A DNA stretch of 11,614 nt from Gemmatimonadota bacterium. GTDB lineage: Bacteria; Gemmatimonadota; Gemmatimonadetes; Longimicrobiales; RSA9. Below, piece by piece: positions 6,815 through 11,614 of the stretch. A program made the translations under genes and the position numbers. The notes beneath the pieces are model-generated. The model was not told the origin of the DNA. It saw only the letters and a list, made by a program, of their open reading frames with translations, and did no database searches. How positions within the stretch are numbered: position 1 is the stretch's first letter; each line of letters begins with the position of its first letter. Location: contig JBBDRO010000016.1 of the NCBI GenBank assembly GCA_040905425.1, positions 1 through 11,614 of the forward strand, read 5' to 3'.

Positions 6815-9800
6815 GTGCTTCGTGCTGTCCTGGTGCTCATCATTGCCGCTGCCCTGCCCGCCGCCGCCGCGGCGCAGGAGCCGGTGCGCGTGGACCCCAT
6901 GGTGCGCGTGCTCCAGCTGCCGGGGGTGGCCGCGGAGCTGCGCGCCAACGCGCCCATCGTAGGCGCGGACCAGGACCCGGCGAGCCGCGTGCTCGGCGGC
7001 ACGGTGTCGGTATTCCGCGACGCGCCGGGCGCCGAACCCATGGTAGGCGTCTTCGTGCGGGTGCAGGGCCCCGCCACGCTGGCGGCGCTCGAAGCGCGGG
7101 GCGTGCGCGTGGGGTCGGTCATCGGCCGCCTGGCCACGGCGCGGGTGCCGCTCACGGTGCTGCCCGAACTGGAGACGCTGGCGGGCGTGGCCACCGTGGA
7201 CGTGGCGCGCGTCCTCACGCTCAGCCACGACTCCAGCATGCGGGCCATCGGCCTGGACGGCCTGCGCGCACAGGTGGACGGCGTGTGGAGCGGCGCCACG
7301 GGAGCGGGCGTGCTCATCGGGGTGATCGACACGGGGCTGGACCTGACGCACCCCGATTTCCTGGACGCGGCGGGACAGACGCGCGTGGACGCGGTGTGGG
7401 TCCAGACGCAGGGCGGCAATCCGCCGCCCGGGTTCAACTACGGGCGCGTCTGCGAGCGTGCTGAGATCCAGCGCGTGGCCGAGGGCTTCGACTCGGTGTG
7501 CCCGCAGCGGGACGCGCTGGGCCACGGCACACACGTGACCGGTACGGCGGCCGGGGACGGCTCGGCCGTAGGCACCGGCGGCACCGCCTACCAGTACGCC
7601 GGCGTGGCGCCGGCGGCCGAGCTGCTCATCGTGAACGGCTGGTTCCCGGGCTTCTCCGAGGACCGCATCGTGGACGGCCTGGTCTGGCTGCGTGACCGGG
7701 CCCGCACCATGGGCCGGCCCATCGTGGTGAACCTCTCGCTGGGCGGCCAGACGGGCCCGCACGATGGCACCCTGCCCATCGAGGAGGCCATCGACCTGCT
7801 GAGCGAGCCCGGCTTCATCGTGGTGAGCGCCGGGGGCAACGAGGGCTCCAACGGCAACGCCACGCCGCTGTCCCCCACGCCGAACATCCATGCCCGCGGC
7901 TACGCCGATCCGGGCAGCGCCACGAGCTGGACCCTCGAGGTGCTGCCCTACATACCCGCTTACCGCCCCAGCATCGTCCAGATGCAGCTCTGGCACGACG
8001 GCAGGGATCCGCTCACCGTCACCGTGGTCCGGCCCGACGGTACCGCCGTGAGCGCCGGCGTGGGGCAGACGGTGGAGGAGGACGCCGCCAACGGGCAGAT
8101 CTTCATCCGCAACACGGTGCAGAGCACCCATCCGGCTTTTCACCGCGCCATCGAGATCTGGCTCTCCGATCGCGGGGAGAGCGGTCAGGTGGCCGCCGGC
8201 AACTGGACCATCCGCGTGAGCGCGGCCGCCGCCGCGTCGGGCTCACCCTACGACCTCTGGATCTACCGTGACCTGCTGGCCAGCGGACCCGTGGCGTTCG
8301 GCCGCGCGGGCTTCGACAACCGCTACGTGGTGGGCAGCCCGGGCACGGCCACCCGTGCCATCACTGCAGGGGCGTTTGCCAGCCGGGTCTGCTGGCCCAG
8401 GAACGGCGGCGTGCAGAGCTGCTACACGGAGCGGGAGACCGTGGGTGATCTGGCCCGCTTCTCGGCGGCGGGGCCTACGCGTGACGGGCGCATGAAGCCG
8501 GAGATCGTGGCGCCCGGCCTGGCCGTCATGTCCGCGGCCGCCGGGGGCGTTGGGTTTCACTTCGTACGAGTGGCGCCGGACGGCGTGCACGTGGTGGCGG
8601 AGGGCACCAGCATGGCCACGCCGCACGTGGCCGGCGCCATTGCGCTCCTCCTGGAGCGGCGCCCCACGCTGACGCCCGAGGACGTGAAGGCCATCTTCTC
8701 CATGGCGGCCCGCCAGGACGAGTTCACCACCCGCGTCTACGACGGCGGCGCGGGCGGGCGGCCCTCCGACTGGTGGGGCTTCGGCAAGCTGGACGTGCGC
8801 GCCGCGCTGGCCCTGCTGGAGGGGGATATCACGGTGACGCGCCTGGACCTCACGCCGGCCGCGTCCCTGCTCCCGCTGGGCGCGTCCATCAAGCTGCGCG
8901 CGGACACGTACGGCTCAGAGGGTGAACCGGCCTTCGCGCAGATCGCGTGGTCCAGCCTGGAACCCGAGGTGGCCACGGTCAACGCCGTGGGGGTGGTGCA
9001 GACGCTGGGCCTGGGGCACGCCCGCGTGGTGGCCAGCGCCGGTGGCATGGCGGACACCGTGGCCTTCGAGGTGGTGGCCGCGGGCGTGCTCAGTGTGCAG
9101 ACCGCGGACGCCCATGAGGCTGCGCCGGCGCAGTCCCGCGCGGGCAGCGTCATCGGGGTGCAGGCGCTCACCCTGTCCGCGGTGGGCATCGAAGCCATTG
9201 ACGTTCACGCCCTGGCCTTCGATTTCTCCAGCGGTGATCCGGCGGCGGAGCTGGCGCTCTACCGGGACACAGACCAGGACGGCCAGCTCGACCCGGGTGA
9301 GACACGGCTGGTGGCGCGGGAGGTGGAGGGCACCGGCACGCAGCGCGTGGTGCTCCGCCCGCCCACCTTGCGGGTGGGGGTCGGCGCCACGGTGCGGCTG
9401 ATCGTGGCGGTGGAGGCCAGCGGCGCCAGCCCGATCGGCAGCCGGTACCGTGTGGAGCTGGTCCCGGAGGAGAGCCGCTCGGTGGCCCTCGTCTCCGGTG
9501 CCCGCAACGCCATCAGCACCTCCGGGCTGCTGAGCGCGGAGGTGGCCACCACGGTGCTGGGCCAGGAGCAGAGCTTCAGTCTGAGTGAGAACCCCGTGCG
9601 CGGGGAACGGCTGCTGCTCAATTTCAGTGAGCGGCCCACGGAGCTGGCGGTCTACACCGCCAGCGGTCGGCGGGTGCGTGATCTGCTGCCGGCGCTGGCA
9701 TCCGATCAGCGGGCCGTCTGGGACCTCACCGACGACGACGGCCGCCGGGTCACGCCGGCCGTCTACCTGCTCGTGGCGCGCGTGGGCGCCGAGGTGCACC

Positions 9801-9868
9801 GGGTGAAACTGTTCGTCCTAACGCGCTCCACGGGGGGCGTAGACCAGGAGCTCGTCCATGTCCCCTGA
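6815..9868 (+). CDS. Secreted multidomain S8 (subtilase) serine peptidase, CspA/CspB-like, ~1017 aa: signal peptide, propeptide, S8 core with inserted beta-domain, Big_2-like Ig, beta-sandwich with DxDxDG motif, C-terminal T9SS-CTD/FlgD-Ig-like domain
   Basis: Catalytic triad: Asp in VIDTGLD (codon 7328), His in GHGTHVTG (7523), Ser in GTSMATPHVAG (8609); oxyanion Asn in AGGNEG (7838). Other subtilase motifs: VNLSLG, FSAAGPTRDGRMKPEIVAPG and WGFGKLD. The start is set at GTG 6815 (SD present), giving the Sec signal MLRAVLVLIIAAALPAAAAA/QE. IAWSSLEPEVATVNAVGVVQTLGLGHARVVAS fits Big_2. Confidence 0.93.
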   Translation: MLRAVLVLIIAAALPAAAAAQEPVRVDPMVRVLQLPGVAAELRANAPIVGADQDPASRVLGGTVSVFRDAPGAEPMVGVFVRVQGPATLAALEARGVRVGSVIGRLATARVPLTVLPELETLAGVATVDVARVLTLSHDSSMRAIGLDGLRAQVDGVWSGATGAGVLIGVIDTGLDLTHPDFLDAAGQTRVDAVWVQTQGGNPPPGFNYGRVCERAEIQRVAEGFDSVCPQRDALGHGTHVTGTAAGDGSAVGTGGTAYQYAGVAPAAELLIVNGWFPGFSEDRIVDGLVWLRDRARTMGRPIVVNLSLGGQTGPHDGTLPIEEAIDLLSEPGFIVVSAGGNEGSNGNATPLSPTPNIHARGYADPGSATSWTLEVLPYIPAYRPSIVQMQLWHDGRDPLTVTVVRPDGTAVSAGVGQTVEEDAANGQIFIRNTVQSTHPAFHRAIEIWLSDRGESGQVAAGNWTIRVSAAAAASGSPYDLWIYRDLLASGPVAFGRAGFDNRYVVGSPGTATRAITAGAFASRVCWPRNGGVQSCYTERETVGDLARFSAAGPTRDGRMKPEIVAPGLAVMSAAAGGVGFHFVRVAPDGVHVVAEGTSMATPHVAGAIALLLERRPTLTPEDVKAIFSMAARQDEFTTRVYDGGAGGRPSDWWGFGKLDVRAALALLEGDITVTRLDLTPAASLLPLGASIKLRADTYGSEGEPAFAQIAWSSLEPEVATVNAVGVVQTLGLGHARVVASAGGMADTVAFEVVAAGVLSVQTADAHEAAPAQSRAGSVIGVQALTLSAVGIEAIDVHALAFDFSSGDPAAELALYRDTDQDGQLDPGETRLVAREVEGTGTQRVVLRPPTLRVGVGATVRLIVAVEASGASPIGSRYRVELVPEESRSVALVSGARNAISTSGLLSAEVATTVLGQEQSFSLSENPVRGERLLLNFSERPTELAVYTASGRRVRDLLPALASDQRAVWDLTDDDGRRVTPAVYLLVARVGAEVHRVKLFVLTRSTGGVDQELVHVP
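9846..9850 (+). promoter_or_regulatory. Shine-Dalgarno site (AGGAG) for the PorV-like gene, embedded in the protease 3' end
   Basis: AGGAG at 9846-9850, 7 nt before the ATG at 9858. The two genes overlap by 11 bp (9858-9868). Confidence 0.75.
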
Positions 9869-10832
9869 CCTTCGCGGCGGACCGCGCACGCGCCTCGGCG
9901 CGTGTGTCCTGGCAGCCCTGCTGCTGGCGGCGCCCGGCGGCGCGCAGGAGACCGGCGCCCGCGCGGGCGCGCCGGTGCTGTCCATGCCCGCGGGCAGCCG
10001 GGCGCCGGCGCTGGCCGGGGCCATGGCGGCCGACCATGGCGGCGCCGACGCCCTCTTCTACAACCCGGCGGGCGCGGCCGCCCTGTACGCCGCCGCCACA
10101 GCCACCTACCAGAGCCATGTGGTGGACATCACCTACGTGGGGGGCGCCGGCGCCTACCGCATCGGCGGCGTGGTGCTCGGCGTAACGGCGGCGTTCCTGG
10201 ACTTCGGGCGCATCGACGTGCTCGTCCCCGACCCCGCCTTCGGCGGCCAGACCGGCCGCCCCACGGGCAACACCTCCGCCGCCTCCGAGGCCGCAGGACG
10301 CGTGGTGCTGGCCGCGCCGCTGCTGGCTGGCCGGCTGCGCGTGGGCGCGGCGGGCGGCTTCGTGACCACGCGCATCGCGGAGGAGGCGCGCTCCACGGCC
10401 GTCTTCGACGCCGGCGCGCAGCTGGACGCGGGGCCGGTGGCCGTGGGCCTGGCGCTGCGCAGCCTGGGCCGCGACCTGCAGGGCAGGACGCTGGCGGACA
10501 CGCCGCTGCCGAGCGAGGCGCGCCTGGGCGTGCTGTACCGCTGGAGCCGGCCCGATGGCCTGGGCGCCGCCGCCAGCGCCGATCTGATCCGCTACCTGAG
10601 CGCGGAGGAGAACGCGGTGGCGGCCGGCATCGAGGGCGGCCTGCTGCCCTCTGCCAGCGGGGTGGGCGCCGTGGCGCGCATCGGCTGGTCGGGCGGCCAG
10701 GATGACATCGGCCGCCTGCGCCTCGGCGCCGGCGTGTCCGTGGGCCACTTTGCCCTGGACTACACGCACCAGGACTTCGACGCCTTCGGCAGCGTGCACC
10801 GCTTCGGCCTGCGCTGGAGCGGCCCGCGCTGA
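9858..10832 (+). CDS. PorV/PorQ (UPF0164)-family, FadL-like outer-membrane beta-barrel protein, 324 aa
   Basis: A signal peptide (...ACVLAALLLAAPGGA/QE) is followed by the family's N-terminal motif PAGSRAPALAGAMAADHGGADALFYNPAGAA (cf. GxRxxxxGxAxxAxxxxxxxxxxNPAG). Alternating beta-strands follow (GVTAAFLDFG, AVFDAGAQL, VGLALRSLG, LPSEARLGVLY, AAGIEG, RLGAGVSV, FALDYT), with a C-terminal GSVHRFGLRW. Confidence 0.8.
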   Translation: MSPDLRGGPRTRLGACVLAALLLAAPGGAQETGARAGAPVLSMPAGSRAPALAGAMAADHGGADALFYNPAGAAALYAAATATYQSHVVDITYVGGAGAYRIGGVVLGVTAAFLDFGRIDVLVPDPAFGGQTGRPTGNTSAASEAAGRVVLAAPLLAGRLRVGAAGGFVTTRIAEEARSTAVFDAGAQLDAGPVAVGLALRSLGRDLQGRTLADTPLPSEARLGVLYRWSRPDGLGAAASADLIRYLSAEENAVAAGIEGGLLPSASGVGAVARIGWSGGQDDIGRLRLGAGVSVGHFALDYTHQDFDAFGSVHRFGLRWSGPR

Positions 10833-10842
10833 GCGCGCTGGC

Positions 10843-11067
10843 TCAGTCCGCCACGCGCCGGCGGCCGGCCGCCACCTCCCGCTTCCAGCACCGGTAGTCC
10901 ACGGCGGCCACCAGCGCCGCCTCGATGCTGCACACCAGCTCCGGCTCCCCCACTTCCTGCCGCGCCCGGTCGACCAGGCGCTCGTCCAGGTAGAAGGTCA
11001 CGGGCACGCGGCGGCGCTGGCGGGGCGCGCGGCCGCGGCGGAAGGCAACGCGTGTGGCTTCGGACAT
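10843..11067 (-). CDS. Small ribbon-helix-helix-like DNA-binding protein (CopG/VapB-antitoxin-like), 74 aa
   Basis: A basic N-terminus, then an alternating strand RVPVTFYLD, a helix ERLVDRARQEV and a second helix ELVCSIEAALVAAV, matching the RHH pattern. SD GGAGG (11076-11072) sits 4 nt before the ATG at 11067. Confidence 0.6.
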   Translation of the reverse strand: MSEATRVAFRRGRAPRQRRRVPVTFYLDERLVDRARQEVGEPELVCSIEAALVAAVDYRCWKREVAAGRRRVAD

Positions 11068-11143
11068 GCTTCCTCCAGGGATGGGGTTGCATGCACGGTG
11101 GCCTCCCGCGCGGGGCGCCGGAATGGGTGATCGGGCCGACCCG

Positions 11144-11170
11144 CCGCCGCCGTCCCGCCGCCGTCCCGCC
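11144..11170. repeat. 11-bp direct tandem repeat CCGCCGCCGTC x2 plus partial CCGCC in the divergent intergenic region
   Basis: Units at 11144-11154 and 11155-11165, partial at 11166-11170, read directly. Confidence 0.7.
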
Positions 11171-11200
11171 TTGCCCTTACCCGCGCTCCACGCTGATATT
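11171..11200 (+). promoter_or_regulatory. Putative sigma70-type promoter (TTGCCC-N18-GATATT) that would give a leaderless groES-like transcript
   Basis: TTGCCC at 11171-11176 and GATATT at 11195-11200, the only AT-rich patch here. The ATG at 11206 is 5 nt after the -10, and there is no SD upstream. Confidence 0.4.
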
Positions 11201-11205
11201 TGAGC

Positions 11206-11613
11206 ATGCGCAAGAACGGCAAGGAACTCATGGTGGTGGGCGACCGCGTCCTGATCTCTCCCGAGGAGGGCGAGGAGCGGAGCAAGGTGGGCCTCTATCT
11301 GCCGCAGTCGGCGGTGGACACCCAGGCCGTGCAGGGGGGGCGCGTGGTGGCCACGGGTCCGGGCACGCCCATCTCCGCGCCCACGGAGCTGGGCGACGAG
11401 CCGTGGAAGATCGGCAGCGGCGAGGCCCGCTTCCTGCCCGTCCAGGCGCGGGAGGGTGACTACGCCATCTTCTTCCGCCGCGCCGCCGTGGAGATCACCT
11501 TCGAGGGCACCACCTACCTGGTGGTGCCGCAGGCCGCCATCCTGGGCCTCGTGCGGGACGCCGAGGAGCCGGCCGAGGAGCCGCCCGACTGGGATCCCGC
11601 ACGACCCTGGTAG
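11206..11613 (+). CDS. GroES/Cpn10-family co-chaperonin, atypical long variant (135 aa)
   Basis: VVGDRVLI, mobile loop EERSKVGLYLP, GRVVATGPG, PVQAREGD and EITFEGTTYLVVPQAAILG all map onto the Cpn10 fold. ATG 11206 is preferred over TTG 11200. No gene symbol is given because this is not a canonical groS. Confidence 0.9.
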   Translation: MRKNGKELMVVGDRVLISPEEGEERSKVGLYLPQSAVDTQAVQGGRVVATGPGTPISAPTELGDEPWKIGSGEARFLPVQAREGDYAIFFRRAAVEITFEGTTYLVVPQAAILGLVRDAEEPAEEPPDWDPARPW

Positions 11614-11614
11614 T

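Noticed and set aside
6803..10799. Minus-strand ORFs 6803..8143, 8915..9799 and 9750..10799
   Set aside because: Antisense shadows of the protease and barrel genes, with no independent coding signal.
10829..10846. Inverted repeat CTGAGC-N6-GCTCAG between the converging barrel and RHH genes as a bidirectional terminator
   Set aside because: Only a 6-bp stem, half of it formed by the two facing TGA stops, with no U-tract on either strand. Too weak to call.
11068..11205. CIRCE/HrcA or sigma32 heat-shock element upstream of the GroES-like gene
   Set aside because: No TTAGCACTC-N9-GAGTGCTAA and no correctly oriented CTTGAA-CCCCAT pair; the 8-bp palindrome TGCATGCA (11088-11095) is too short to support a call.

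Overview
A very GC-rich bacterial window (by eye about 70-75% GC) that is almost fully coding. The gene families suggest a non-Bacteroidota member of the FCB group such as Gemmatimonadota; this is inference, not proof. From left to right: (1) a perfect 12-bp tandem repeat running off the left edge; (2) a minus-strand, translationally coupled pair encoding a 6-bladed beta-propeller lipoprotein and a DUF2207-type membrane protein; (3) a divergent plus-strand run of a FadE10/ACAD9-like acyl-CoA dehydrogenase, an uncharacterised all-helical TPR-like protein, a ~1017-aa secreted multidomain S8 (CspA/CspB-like) protease ending in a T9SS-CTD/FlgD-Ig-like domain, and an overlapping PorV/PorQ (UPF0164)-like outer-membrane beta-barrel; (4) a small ribbon-helix-helix-like gene on the minus strand, divergent from an atypical long GroES-family gene with a possibly leaderless transcript. 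The best candidate for an undescribed system is the coupled 'CTD-tagged protease + dedicated PorV-like barrel' cassette, with no other T9SS genes in view. I found no RNA genes, CRISPR arrays or mobile elements. All family assignments come from motif recognition by eye, without database searches.
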